DNA from: a virus
Lineage: Duplodnaviria > Caudoviricetes
Virus record (IMG/VR): IMGVR_UViG_3300020438_000057
Span: 1 to 52,977 of that record
Reading direction: 5' to 3' (one strand)
DNA length: 52,977 bases
Position 1 is the stretch's first letter, and every line of letters starts with the position of its first letter. Below are positions 8,249-17,093 of this stretch, piece by piece. Below the pieces are notes generated by a model. It did no database searches and had not been told where the DNA came from. It worked only from the letters and a program-made list of their open reading frames with translations. The position numbers were made by a program, and so were the translations under genes.

Positions 8249-8757
8249 TTTGCGAAAGAGTTCTTTGCTTCTATGTAATAGTTGTGATATGACTTTAGTG
8301 AGTCGCCTTCAACTATACAATCTGGATAATGACTCATCGCAGGTGTGGGTTGTGTAAATTCTTTTTCAGGTATATTTATAGGTTTTATAGCTAGAGCCAC
8401 TCTAAGTTTTTCGTCTGTAGAGTGTCTTTTACCATATCGATATGTGTACTCGTCACACAATGCAACAAACAAATCATAGAGCCATCTGTAGTTCAGTGAT
8501 GATTGTCTAGTCCATACTGACGATGGGTGATTGATATGACAAGCAAGATAATAAGTAGCTTCTTTGTAGTTGTCATCAAATCTGTATCGTTTAATTTTAC
8601 GGCCATTCTTAGATAGTTCTATACTCTCATTACCATCTAGAACTCTGTGTGCAGTTGATAGTAGTTGTGCATACTCTACAATCATCTTTACAACATGTTT
8701 GTCTACATGCATTCTAGCACACGTTACTGGATCTTCATCTAAATAAAATACGTTCAT
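8206..8757 (-). CDS. pyrimidine-dimer DNA glycosylase-like protein
   Basis: MNVFYLDEDP...DKHVVKMIVEYAQLLSTAHR, HINHPSSVWTR, EYTYRYGKRH. Confidence 0.75.
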   Translation of the reverse strand: MNVFYLDEDPVTCARMHVDKHVVKMIVEYAQLLSTAHRVLDGNESIELSKNGRKIKRYRFDDNYKEATYYLACHINHPSSVWTRQSSLNYRWLYDLFVALCDEYTYRYGKRHSTDEKLRVALAIKPINIPEKEFTQPTPAMSHYPDCIVEGDSLKSYHNYYIEAKNSFAKWTKRSVPSWYQLA

Positions 8758-8930
8758 AAATTACCTCTCATAATATAATCAATCAATTGTAGCAACCATA
8801 CTTGCTCTATGTCTAGTATAAGCCATTCGTATAATTTTGTCAAGATAAAACTTAACAATACAGATAACATAGTTAATCTGAATATTAACTTCTTTAACTG
8901 TGGTGTTTCTTTTATTTGATCTACTGACAT
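8754..8930 (-). CDS. 58-aa hypothetical membrane protein (not in ORF track)
   Basis: MSVDQIKETPQLKKLIFRLTMLSVLLSFIL...; ATGA overlap with next gene; contains TTGACA-N17-TATACT. Confidence 0.55.
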   Translation of the reverse strand: MSVDQIKETPQLKKLIFRLTMLSVLLSFILTKLYEWLILDIEQVWLLQLIDYIMRGNL

Positions 8931-8936
8931 TAATTA

Positions 8937-9152
8937 TCATGGTAATCGCAGAACCTTATGAGCGAACCATTTCAAAAATCTCTTGATACTCTTCTTTATC
9001 CAGTTATTGAAAAAGTGTCGTAACAATCTGATTACAATTAATATCGGTGAAGTAATAACGTCAAGAACTAATAACAAAAAGTCAACTATAATGTCGATGA
9101 TAGTATCGACATTCCATAAACTTCTAACTCGCTTCTTTAGCCTCTTCCACAA
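8937..9152 (-). CDS. hypothetical small membrane protein
   Basis: Basic ends around a hydrophobic core; in operon. Confidence 0.6.
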   Translation of the reverse strand: MWKRLKKRVRSLWNVDTIIDIIVDFLLLVLDVITSPILIVIRLLRHFFNNWIKKSIKRFLKWFAHKVLRLP

Positions 9153-9738
9153 CTACTTGTTCTCCGTAGTGTTTGTTAAAATTATCTGTTGTGATAGCAT
9201 AACAGTTATCTGTATTTAGTCCAATATTGAACAATTGAACACTATCAGGAACAACAAAAGTGAATCTTACGTCTTTATTTTCATTCATAAACCAATGTAA
9301 ATAATTAACCCTATGTACACTATCATCATAAGTCGCATGAGTTTCTTCACCATAACCTTCAGTGTCTTTATATACATTATCTGTATTAGCAGTTTCATCT
9401 TTTTGAACAAAATCAAAACCTATACAGAATAATTTTGTAGCACCATGTCGTATAGCTTCTCTCATAGCATTCATACCTGCATTTGAGCGTCTACCTGTTG
9501 TTTCTTCTACACATTCTTCTTCTGGAGGTAATATGAGTTTGGTGTTTTCTACTACACCTTCTGTGCCAGCCATTTCTATGAGTTTTCTAAACTGCTCATC
9601 TATCACTACAAGGTAATCATACTTATCAAAGTCTCTGTATAGAGCATTGCACCCGTATATTTTGCCTTTGCCCACTAAATCATTTAGATTTATAGGTAAT
9701 CTACTTGGGCCATTTCCTATTATAAAAGCATCACTCAT
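9124..9738 (-). CDS. glycosyltransferase-like protein (sialyltransferase/DUF115-like fold)
   Basis: AFIIGNGPSR, YGCNALYRDF, SNAG, LFCIGFD. Confidence 0.6.
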   Translation of the reverse strand: MSDAFIIGNGPSRLPINLNDLVGKGKIYGCNALYRDFDKYDYLVVIDEQFRKLIEMAGTEGVVENTKLILPPEEECVEETTGRRSNAGMNAMREAIRHGATKLFCIGFDFVQKDETANTDNVYKDTEGYGEETHATYDDSVHRVNYLHWFMNENKDVRFTFVVPDSVQLFNIGLNTDNCYAITTDNFNKHYGEQVVVEEAKEAS

Positions 9739-9950
9739 TTTTTCTCCAGTTCTGTTATTCTATTTTCAAGTTCATTAATCTTATCAACCATTCTCTGCAT
9801 CTCATGTCGTATAGCATGATCAGTTGAAGAGGTAAAACCCTCTCGTTTCTTAGATGTAAAATCTAATCTGAGTCCAGCATCTGGATCTGTAGCTTTATCA
9901 TATGTCATAAAGTTTCTCCATTCGTTGCTAAAACCATCAGGATAATCCAT
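9735..9950 (-). CDS. hypothetical protein
   Basis: Overlapping-operon arrangement. Confidence 0.6.
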   Translation of the reverse strand: MDYPDGFSNEWRNFMTYDKATDPDAGLRLDFTSKKREGFTSSTDHAIRHEMQRMVDKINELENRITELEKK

Positions 9951-10113
9951 CGTTTCTTTTCTCCATTACTTGAAGAACGTATTGTAATTCACTAATTATT
10001 TTATATATCCACATTTGAGTCATTCTATCTTCAGATTTGTTTCGCTCTTCTTTTAGTTGCTCTATTCGTATCTTTATATAGTCTTTCGGATTTACTTTTC
10101 TATTTCTTCGCAT
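9937..10113 (-). CDS. 58-aa hypothetical protein (not in ORF track)
   Basis: MRRNRKVNPKDYIKIRIEQLKEE...; fills the gap between neighbours. Confidence 0.55.
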   Translation of the reverse strand: MRRNRKVNPKDYIKIRIEQLKEERNKSEDRMTQMWIYKIISELQYVLQVMEKRNDGLS

Positions 10114-10303
10114 TTTTAATTATCGGATCCATCCAAGTTACTTTTGGTTCTTTTTCATTCTCAAGTATAGTCATACTACCACCTTGAGTATCATGTGAGT
10201 TTGATGTCCATGAATTTTTAATATTACGTAGCAACCACATATAAACAGGAACAATTACTATTGTTACTATAAGACATATAATCGAAAATACTTCAAACGT
10301 CAT
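10100..10303 (-). CDS. hypothetical membrane protein
   Basis: N-terminal TM helix; ATGA overlap. Confidence 0.65.
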   Translation of the reverse strand: MTFEVFSIICLIVTIVIVPVYMWLLRNIKNSWTSNSHDTQGGSMTILENEKEPKVTWMDPIIKNAKK

Positions 10304-10914
10304 TTTATAATTAACTCCGATAAATTATCACTACCAATTTTACCCTTAATGAAAGTATTGAATGCAAGACTAATTCTAGTTTTGTCACTTTTTACTTGAT
10401 TAACCCAATGTGTAAGTTTTGATGGAAATAGTAAAAGGCTATTTTTAGTTGTAGGATACCACCACTCATCACTATTCCATTGATTATATTCACTCATGTC
10501 CATAGACATTGTTAGTTTATGTGGCCATGGTGTTGCAAATGATATAGTATCAGATTCAACAGTTTCTATATAGTACACACCAGATATCACACTGTTAGGG
10601 TGACTATGAGCATGGTGATACTGATTAGTCTCAGTATAATTAACCCAAGAAATTGTTATGTATATTTCTATATCTTCATCTATTTTATATGTGTCTCTAA
10701 AATAAAGATTAACTTTTTCTGTTAAATTTTTCTTTAGTTCAGATAATTCAAGATTATCAAGTACATACTTATCAGCCGTGTGAGTATTTCCATCATTTAT
10801 TACTCTATCTTTAGATTCTTGAGTACGTTTAAAGAAGTCTAATTCTTTTTTTGTCAATTCTCTATCTAGTTTTGTACAGCCTAAAGCTATGGGAAATAAA
10901 GATTCAATTTTCAT
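10300..10914 (-). CDS. 2OG-Fe(II) oxygenase (TIGR02466-like)
   Basis: SWVN...HSHPNSVISGVYY...LLLFPSKLTHWV...RISLAFN. Confidence 0.88.
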   Translation of the reverse strand: MKIESLFPIALGCTKLDRELTKKELDFFKRTQESKDRVINDGNTHTADKYVLDNLELSELKKNLTEKVNLYFRDTYKIDEDIEIYITISWVNYTETNQYHHAHSHPNSVISGVYYIETVESDTISFATPWPHKLTMSMDMSEYNQWNSDEWWYPTTKNSLLLFPSKLTHWVNQVKSDKTRISLAFNTFIKGKIGSDNLSELIIK

Positions 10915-11093
10915 AGATAAGTTCCGTCTACGTTGTGTGTTCTGCTATTACTCCATGCCCATATCATACAGTTCCACATAGAATAGCTTGGGTGATATCT
11001 ACCAAGAGGTACTTGTGAAAGTAAGAAATGAGAGAATGGTAATATGTTTCTTTTCTTTCTAAGTTCTTTGTAGTGTCCTACAAATAGTTTTAT
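10911..11093 (-). CDS. 60-aa ORF with ATA start (or start-loss pseudogene)
   Basis: Open frame (I/M)KLFVGHYKELRKKRNILPF...THNVDGTYL exactly fills the gap with 4-nt overlaps at both ends. Confidence 0.45.
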   Translation of the reverse strand: MKLFVGHYKELRKKRNILPFSHFLLSQVPLGRYHPSYSMWNCMIWAWSNSRTHNVDGTYL

Positions 11094-11488
11094 CCTGGCA
11101 TAGTGAATAATGCTTTTACTCCATCATTAGTAGGGCGTCTTGCAAATATTACCCATCTGTGTATTTGATTATGCAGTTTATCTGGATGATTCTCTTTTAT
11201 ATAGTCTTTGAAACTTGTACCTGTTGTCCATACATCATCTACTACTAAACCAATATCATCTGCATTTGGATCAATATACTTTTTTAGAGAAGTTGCTAAC
11301 GATACACCACCTCTAGGTATACCTTCAACCCATCTAAATGATATCTTCTGATAGTCCATAATCATCTGTGCTAAACAATCCCATTCTTCAGAACGTATAG
11401 CATCACATTCTATCTTCCATTTAAGAGGTAAACCTGCATGTGAAATAAAATCACCAGCAGTAAAAAGATTTGCACCAGTATTAAACAT
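11090..11488 (-). CDS. type I phosphoribosyltransferase-like protein (orotate PRT-like)
   Basis: GDFISHAG, GIPRGG, PRPP-binding LVVDDVWTTGTS. Confidence 0.8.
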   Translation of the reverse strand: MFNTGANLFTAGDFISHAGLPLKWKIECDAIRSEEWDCLAQMIMDYQKISFRWVEGIPRGGVSLATSLKKYIDPNADDIGLVVDDVWTTGTSFKDYIKENHPDKLHNQIHRWVIFARRPTNDGVKALFTMPG

Positions 11489-11679
11489 TATCCCTCGTCT
11501 TCATGATTCATATCTAGGTAATCATCTATACAAGTATAGCCTTGTCCTTGCCCTTGTACTGATAGCTTTACCATCTGTTCAAAACATGCTTCATATTCAT
11601 TAAAATAATCAATACCTTCGCCCTCTAAAGTTCCGTCAGGATAGAGAGTCACTGCGATTAAAATCCAACCATATATCAT
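11488..11679 (-). CDS. hypothetical small protein
   Basis: Operon overlap; hydrophobic N-terminus, two Cys. Confidence 0.6.
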   Translation of the reverse strand: MIYGWILIAVTLYPDGTLEGEGIDYFNEYEACFEQMVKLSVQGQGQGYTCIDDYLDMNHEDEG

Positions 11680-12107
11680 TTTATTTCCTTTACTCTAATT
11701 CTCAAATCACTACTGCTAAACCTATGCTCTCTTTTATTGAAATATAATTCTATATCTCTTTTCTTGCATATGTCACGGCCAGTAAATTCTTTATCTCTAT
11801 ATTCTTCACCAAGTATTCTTATATCAATATGATACATTTCTAATATATCTTCTAAGTCTCTTTCTGTAGAATATGGAATTATTTCATCAACGTACTTAAC
11901 ACCATTTAATTGTGTGTATCTCTCAACTACTGTTTGCACTGGACAATTTTTCTCTTTTCTATCTACAGTAGGATCTATCTGTAATCCACACATAAGATAA
12001 TCGCATTGATCTTTTGCTTCTCTCAACATCTGTACATGGCCAGCATGTAATAAGTCAAACGTACTTGCAGTAAATCCAATCTTCACTTTATCTTTTCCCA
12101 TATCCAC
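11676..12107 (-). CDS. cytidylyltransferase, TagD/glycerol-3-phosphate cytidylyltransferase-like
   Basis: FDLLHAGH (HxGH), ERYTQL...KYVDEIIPY, RFSSSDLR. Confidence 0.9.
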   Translation of the reverse strand: MDMGKDKVKIGFTASTFDLLHAGHVQMLREAKDQCDYLMCGLQIDPTVDRKEKNCPVQTVVERYTQLNGVKYVDEIIPYSTERDLEDILEMYHIDIRILGEEYRDKEFTGRDICKKRDIELYFNKREHRFSSSDLRIRVKEIK

Positions 12108-12265
12108 TCATGACAATAAAACATAATACTTCCTGCTGGTATGCTTGCGAGAGATAGTCCTAACGTATACCATAAATCACCACCTGTAACTACTGCATAA
12201 CTCATAAACCATACTACACCTAAAAGTTGCCATGTGCAAGTCTTTATTATACGTCTGTATATCAT
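12083..12265 (-). CDS. small membrane protein (DUF2061-like)
   Basis: IIKTCTWQLLG...FYCHEWIWEKI. Confidence 0.6.
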   Translation of the reverse strand: MIYRRIIKTCTWQLLGVVWFMSYAVVTGGDLWYTLGLSLASIPAGSIMFYCHEWIWEKIK

Positions 12266-12444
12266 TCTTCTGTTTGCTCTACTGCTACTGGTTTACACCA
12301 TGCTGAATAATTACCGACTAATCTATCTTCATGTACATTGATTTGACTTGCATACCAAATACACTTCTGCATACTAGAATACGTTATCTGTCCTTCTACT
12401 TCAGAACCGTTCATTAGCATTAATACAAAAACTAGTTTAAACAT
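12262..12444 (-). CDS. hypothetical small exported protein
   Basis: Hydrophobic N-terminus, Cys pair. Confidence 0.6.
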   Translation of the reverse strand: MFKLVFVLMLMNGSEVEGQITYSSMQKCIWYASQINVHEDRLVGNYSAWCKPVAVEQTEE

Positions 12445-13087
12445 TTTTGTTTCTCATCTGATCACTTACTCCTTCAAAATAAGAATCTACTCCACACAAA
12501 TAATTAAACCAACCAGTCGCTATATACTTATGTTCTGTAGGAGATACTATGCCGTTATGCATGTGAGTAAAGTCACTAGGCCAAAGAAGTGTCAAACCTT
12601 TCTTTGATTTTGTAGTTAGATTTTGAAATCTAAAATGAGTACCACCACCATCTTCTACATCATTTAAATATGTCATAAAAACTAATACTCTATCATAGTA
12701 GAAGTTTCCATTTCTTTCATAATGTTCTGCAAAAAAACCTTCACCTGGTTTGTAATGTTGTATATTAAATGCATCAGCCATTGTCAATTTTCCCATAGTC
12801 ACTTCATAAAACTTAAAATATGTTGTGCATAAATCAAAAAGTATATGTTTATAAGTTTCTATAGTAGGGTGACTACAAGTGGGCCATACATTTACATCTG
12901 TAGATTTTTTAGCATTTGGATTTTCTTCTCCTCCCAGACTAGTGCCAGGGTGCTTATAATAAATTTCATCTTTATGAAACTTAATTAATTCATCACAAAT
13001 AGAAGTATCTTCCATTTGAAAGGGCATGACAAAAGTAGATTCATCAAATTTTGGAATTGTTATATCTGCTTTTTTCATTATTCCCAA
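12437..13087 (-). CDS. 2OG-Fe(II) oxygenase (prolyl 4-hydroxylase-like)
   Basis: IQHYKPGEGF..HYE, FMTYLNDVEDGGGT, WPSDFTHMHNG, KYIATGW. Confidence 0.9.
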   Translation of the reverse strand: MGIMKKADITIPKFDESTFVMPFQMEDTSICDELIKFHKDEIYYKHPGTSLGGEENPNAKKSTDVNVWPTCSHPTIETYKHILFDLCTTYFKFYEVTMGKLTMADAFNIQHYKPGEGFFAEHYERNGNFYYDRVLVFMTYLNDVEDGGGTHFRFQNLTTKSKKGLTLLWPSDFTHMHNGIVSPTEHKYIATGWFNYLCGVDSYFEGVSDQMRNKNV

Positions 13088-13518
13088 TCTTTGCTAAGGC
13101 CACCAAAACATTCCATTACGAACTTTTTAGTCAAACCCTTAAATGGTAATCTTCTATCTTTCATTCCTAATAATATCTCAGCTTCTTCTGCTGGCAAGTT
13201 TTCTAGCATATCAACAAATAGTTGCTCTCTTCGTATTTGTTTTAGATTCTTTTGTGCTTCAGAAGGGCCATCAGTAAAGAGATAAAATCTACGTACTTCA
13301 TGATGAAGTTGTCCTTGATTATCCCATGGTGTTTCATTCTTTTTAAATGGTGGATCACCTTCTGGTAGTAACCATCTAATCAAATTATTGTAAGTAAACT
13401 CTAAAACTATGCCCATAGCTGGTGTGTAGTTTTCTCTTAGATGTTTCATTTTGGCATTTTTACTTGTTATTTTTTCATTTTCTTTGAAAATGCTATAAAG
13501 CGATTGTGTCGGCATCAA
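13078..13518 (-). CDS. conserved T4-like hypothetical protein following rnh
   Basis: WLLPEGDPPF, RREQLFVDMLENL..EAEILL..KD. Confidence 0.8.
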   Translation of the reverse strand: MMPTQSLYSIFKENEKITSKNAKMKHLRENYTPAMGIVLEFTYNNLIRWLLPEGDPPFKKNETPWDNQGQLHHEVRRFYLFTDGPSEAQKNLKQIRREQLFVDMLENLPAEEAEILLGMKDRRLPFKGLTKKFVMECFGGLSKDWE

Positions 13519-14378
13519 AACTCTCCAATTCTATCAGTAAGATTTTTTAATCTATTTCTTATAAAATAATTTAGTAGTCCGCTTCTCTGTGGTATTTTAT
13601 AATTATCATACTTTTCGTTTATCTGATTAACAATAGCTTTGGGAATACAATCTAAATTAACTAAAGACTCATTTCTTTTATAGTTTCTTAGCATAATCTC
13701 ATTACAGAAATCTTTAGGATCTAAGCCTATCCATTTCTCTATCTTCTTTGATGCTAGAGGTTTTTGTCTAGTACCCGTAACTATCACATTATCAGCAGAT
13801 AAGAAGTTAGGTACACCATCACCTCTATCACCTCTCATAATGTGTTCACGTAAGAAAGACTCAGGATTACTGATACGAATCCACTTCTTTAACATAGGTG
13901 AATATTGTTCTACATTTGCATATTTCTGTAATTGTGCGAAATCCTTATCGCCAGATATGATGATTATTTTCATATCATCTTCTGTTTTCAAAGTTTTACC
14001 AAAACGATTACACAGTGTACCAATGATATCATCGGCCTCTGCTCTATCTATCTGTATTACTTTATACGGAAATGTTTCTTTGAGTTCATCACGTATTTTA
14101 TTGAGAATACCGAATATGTGATTCCAATCTAAAGGTGACGTTTCTCTATCTGCTTTTCTATGTGCTTTATAGTAAGGAAAAATATCTTTACGCCAGTAAT
14201 TTTTGTCATCACAAGCGATTACCATTTCTCCGTATTCTTCTCCAAATTTAACATTGTATAGACGAATAGAATTAAGTATCATATGACGTATCATAGTTTC
14301 TTCTATTTCATCATTGTTTCTCTGGAGTTGCATCATCAAGTTACTTATCATAACTTGATTTAAGTCCAAAAGTATCAT
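13515..14378 (-). CDS. rnh: RNase H / 5'-3' exonuclease (T4 rnh)
   Basis: ILLDLNQ, YWRKDIFPYYKAHR, EADDIIG, SGDKDFAQL, GDRGDGVPN. Confidence 0.95.
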   Translation of the reverse strand: MILLDLNQVMISNLMMQLQRNNDEIEETMIRHMILNSIRLYNVKFGEEYGEMVIACDDKNYWRKDIFPYYKAHRKADRETSPLDWNHIFGILNKIRDELKETFPYKVIQIDRAEADDIIGTLCNRFGKTLKTEDDMKIIIISGDKDFAQLQKYANVEQYSPMLKKWIRISNPESFLREHIMRGDRGDGVPNFLSADNVIVTGTRQKPLASKKIEKWIGLDPKDFCNEIMLRNYKRNESLVNLDCIPKAIVNQINEKYDNYKIPQRSGLLNYFIRNRLKNLTDRIGEF

Positions 14379-14407
14379 TGTATACTCACTATTTAATTAT
14401 CTAACTA

Positions 14408-14439
14408 TATTTATATCACACTATAGAGTATTTTGTCAA
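14408..14439 (-). promoter_or_regulatory. composite sigma70/late promoter upstream of rnh
   Basis: TTGACA (14439..14434)-N18-TATAAATA (14415..14408). Confidence 0.65.
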
Positions 14440-14448
14440 GACTCAAGT

Positions 14449-14694
14449 TTAAGGTGGTGGTAGTTCTGCTCTTACTTTCTTTTCTTCATTATCAAAATGA
14501 GCAACACGTTTTTCAAGCCATTGTACGACTTCTATGTTTGCTTCTTTATCATCTCTGTTGGTATTAAGTTCTCTTCGTAGTACGGCCGCAGTTTGCATGT
14601 CTATACTATTCATCTTCTCTCTTTCCAAAATCGAGTGACATTTGTTCATCATCACTGAGTTCTTCAACACCAGTAATTTCCACATTAGTATCAA
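14449..14694 (-). CDS. hypothetical protein (start probably near 14613)
   Basis: GAGAGAAG before MNSIDMQ. Confidence 0.5.
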   Translation of the reverse strand: MILMWKLLVLKNSVMMNKCHSILEREKMNSIDMQTAAVLRRELNTNRDDKEANIEVVQWLEKRVAHFDNEEKKVRAELPPP

Positions 14695-14962
14695 TGTGTT
14701 CTTGAAAATGGTGATGTAGTCCCATGTTACGATAAAGTGATGAACGGATGGTTTCTACAGTAAAAGCAAAATCTTTCATAAACTCATCTCTATCAATATC
14801 AAATCCCGACAAAGAAATGTTTGCTAAAAGATTGCTACTGTGTTGATCAACAACATTGTTAATATAAATCTCTTTGTTCTTCTCAATACTCTTTTTAAGA
14901 TCGGAAAGAGTCTCCTGTTCAGGAGGTGTATAATCATTAGGGAATTTAACAATGTTGTTCAT
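14606..14962 (-). CDS. hypothetical protein
   Basis: MNNIVKFP N-terminus common in phage proteins; in operon. Confidence 0.7.
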   Translation of the reverse strand: MNNIVKFPNDYTPPEQETLSDLKKSIEKNKEIYINNVVDQHSSNLLANISLSGFDIDRDEFMKDFAFTVETIRSSLYRNMGLHHHFQEHIDTNVEITGVEELSDDEQMSLDFGKREDE

Positions 14963-14966
14963 AATT

Positions 14967-15356
14967 TTATTTATCTCCAGCTGGCACTACAGTACGAAAC
15001 TTGATTAGTTTCTCTTGATCAGGCCCATAGAACAAGTCAAGATAAACACCCGTACGTAGGTAAGTATTAAGATTACGTATGTAACCCTCAATATTTAAAA
15101 GTTGTGCGATTGCTCCTTTAGCATTAGCACGAACATTCTTTTTCAAACCAGGCAACATAGCTTTATTATACACCAACCATGCTTTTATATTATTGTAACA
15201 TAGTGGGTGAGTATCACCTTTTGCCAATACATCTGGGTGTATGTGTGTTAATTTGGGCGGGTTCTTTTTCATTCTCTCCGCTCTAGCTTTTGCTAGTCTT
15301 TCACCAGCCGCTTTACGGGCTTCGGGTGACATTCTACGTCTTTTTACCATGTGCAA
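14967..15356 (-). CDS. conserved T4-like hypothetical basic protein
   Basis: ERLAKARAER, EGYIRNLNTYLRTGVYLDLFYG. Confidence 0.75.
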   Translation of the reverse strand: MHMVKRRRMSPEARKAAGERLAKARAERMKKNPPKLTHIHPDVLAKGDTHPLCYNNIKAWLVYNKAMLPGLKKNVRANAKGAIAQLLNIEGYIRNLNTYLRTGVYLDLFYGPDQEKLIKFRTVVPAGDK

Positions 15357-15476
15357 CCTCCATCATGACAGATTATTAATACTACGTATCCGATAGCAAA
15401 TATCGAAAACAAACTTACTGCATCTAATATAGTTTCTGCTATTTTTATTATATATTTTTTTATCATTTTACCTCTC

Positions 15477-15650
15477 TCAATGAACTGTCTCATAAGCTAT
15501 GGGCATATCGTATATTTCGCCCAATATTTTCATAAACTGTTCAGGCACATCATTATCATTATCAGGAATAAAGAAAGTCTTGAGTGTACCATCTTTTCCC
15601 ATAACTATTGCTAGATCGTCATCTTCTAATTTAAATTTAGTTTTTGCCAT
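15477..15650 (-). CDS. 57-aa hypothetical protein (not in ORF track)
   Basis: GAGAGG RBS, MAKTKFKLEDDDLAIVMGKDG... Confidence 0.6.
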   Translation of the reverse strand: MAKTKFKLEDDDLAIVMGKDGTLKTFFIPDNDNDVPEQFMKILGEIYDMPIAYETVH

Positions 15651-15662
15651 TTATTACCTCTC

Positions 15663-15869
15663 TCAATCGAATGGAAACGGGCCCCATTCACCATTTTCAT
15701 CTGCTCTATCTAGTTGTGCTTGAATTTTACCAATCTCAACTGCAAGAACATGTAAACCTTTTGCAAAGGCTTCGTCTTTATGAGTCGACTCTGAAGTACC
15801 ACCCATAAAGTGTTTCATAGCTTCTTTAAGCTTTTTGTGATGTTCACGTAATTCTGTATTCACTATCAT
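15663..15869 (-). CDS. hypothetical early protein
   Basis: ATGA overlap downstream of early promoter. Confidence 0.65.
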   Translation of the reverse strand: MIVNTELREHHKKLKEAMKHFMGGTSESTHKDEAFAKGLHVLAVEIGKIQAQLDRADENGEWGPFPFD

Positions 15870-16084
15870 ACTGCGGTACCGTCATCAAGATCTAATTCAA
15901 CTGTCGTAATCGAAATCAATTCATCAGCAGTGTGTCCTGCTTTCTCATAACTAGCAATCGCATTTGCTTCAGACTCTTTTGCAGTATCGCCGTCAGAACC
16001 GGCAAAAGAAGAGCTAACTAAAAACTTGTCACCATCTTTAGTAGTGGTGAGATGTTCAATCGATGTTGCGAAGAATGTTGTCAT
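15866..16084 (-). CDS. hypothetical early protein
   Basis: First gene after early promoter 16108-16153. Confidence 0.7.
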   Translation of the reverse strand: MTTFFATSIEHLTTTKDGDKFLVSSSFAGSDGDTAKESEANAIASYEKAGHTADELISITTVELDLDDGTAV

Positions 16085-16107
16085 ATTTTTTCTCTCTTTG
16101 TTATTAA

Positions 16108-16153
16108 CGAATCACTTACACTATTATAATAGCAGGTTGACAAATTAAGTCAA
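16108..16153 (-). promoter_or_regulatory. early promoter repeat
   Basis: TTGACT-N13-TGCTATTATAATAGTGTAAGTGATTCG. Confidence 0.85.
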
Positions 16154-16426
16154 GCACTTTTTTGTGAGTGCTATCCAGTCTAACCACTGAGCCTGCATCT
16201 CAAAGAAAATCTTTCTAGCATCATCATCATTGTCAAAACCCACTTCAGTAGCGAAGTCCATTCCGCTACAAAAGAATAGGTTAATCATATGTAAATCTAT
16301 TTTATTTTTGTTGATTACTTTGTGTAACTCACGGGCAGTTTTTGCAGTGCCGACTAAATTGCCAGCACCGATGTAAACACCGATTGTTTTGTCACTGAGC
16401 GTATCTATAAAAACTGAATCTGTCAT
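16145..16426 (-). CDS. hypothetical early protein
   Basis: Sits between two early promoters; AAAGTGAGAAAT RBS. Confidence 0.7.
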   Translation of the reverse strand: MTDSVFIDTLSDKTIGVYIGAGNLVGTAKTARELHKVINKNKIDLHMINLFFCSGMDFATEVGFDNDDDARKIFFEMQAQWLDWIALTKKCLT

Positions 16427-16445
16427 ATTTTCTCACTTTCTTTAA

Positions 16446-16492
16446 CGAATCATCTTATACTATTATAGTATCAGGATGTGAGAATATGTCAA
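16446..16492 (-). promoter_or_regulatory. early promoter repeat
   Basis: TTGACA-N13-TGATACTATAATAGTATAAGATGATTCG. Confidence 0.8.
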
Positions 16493-16495
16493 TAG

Positions 16496-16753
16496 TTAAT
16501 GTAGATACTTACTTAAATTATTTCTTGCTTTTCCCACTCTATCACGATTTTCTAATATCAGTGATATAACCTTTTCGTAGGATTCTTCAGTTAGATGTGT
16601 CTTATACATCATCATAGCTTGAGCCATCATTACGCCTGCAAGGGCCATAGGATTACAGCCCTCTTGCATTTTTTCCATAACTAAGTTTAGAACATCTCTA
16701 AAGACATCATCTACATCACCTTCAGGTATGTCATCAAAATCGTCTATACTCAT
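16496..16753 (-). CDS. hypothetical protein
   Basis: PMALAGVMMAQAMMMYKTHL..E.YE. Confidence 0.7.
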   Translation of the reverse strand: MSIDDFDDIPEGDVDDVFRDVLNLVMEKMQEGCNPMALAGVMMAQAMMMYKTHLTEESYEKVISLILENRDRVGKARNNLSKYLH

Positions 16754-16848
16754 CTTCTCACCTTACATCTAGGACAGAAGTTCGCACTGTCCAATTCAGA
16801 ACCACAATATGTACAAAAGTTTGCAGTGAATATTGCTAAGAATATCAT
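16750..16848 (-). CDS. 32-aa zinc-ribbon microprotein (not in ORF track)
   Basis: MIFLAIFTANFCTYCGSELDSANFCPRCKVRR; ATGA overlaps at both ends. Confidence 0.65.
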   Translation of the reverse strand: MIFLAIFTANFCTYCGSELDSANFCPRCKVRR

Positions 16849-17093
16849 TTTAATCCTCCATCTTTTTTGATTAGAAGTAAATCTATTTTCTCTTCTATTC
16901 TATTTAGATGCTTGATTACCTCATCTGTTTTTTCAGACATAGGTTTAGGTAGCTGAAACTCTTTTGAAATATCTCTACCTCCTGCTCCAGCACCCATACC
17001 CACAATCTGATCTTCTATAGATTTTTCTTTTTTCTCCTGTCTAAGCTTCCAGCCCATCCAGTCATACCATCTTTGTGGTTCTTTATCCATCAT
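16845..17093 (-). CDS. hypothetical protein
   Basis: Operon overlap. Confidence 0.6.
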   Translation of the reverse strand: MMDKEPQRWYDWMGWKLRQEKKEKSIEDQIVGMGAGAGGRDISKEFQLPKPMSEKTDEVIKHLNRIEEKIDLLLIKKDGGLK

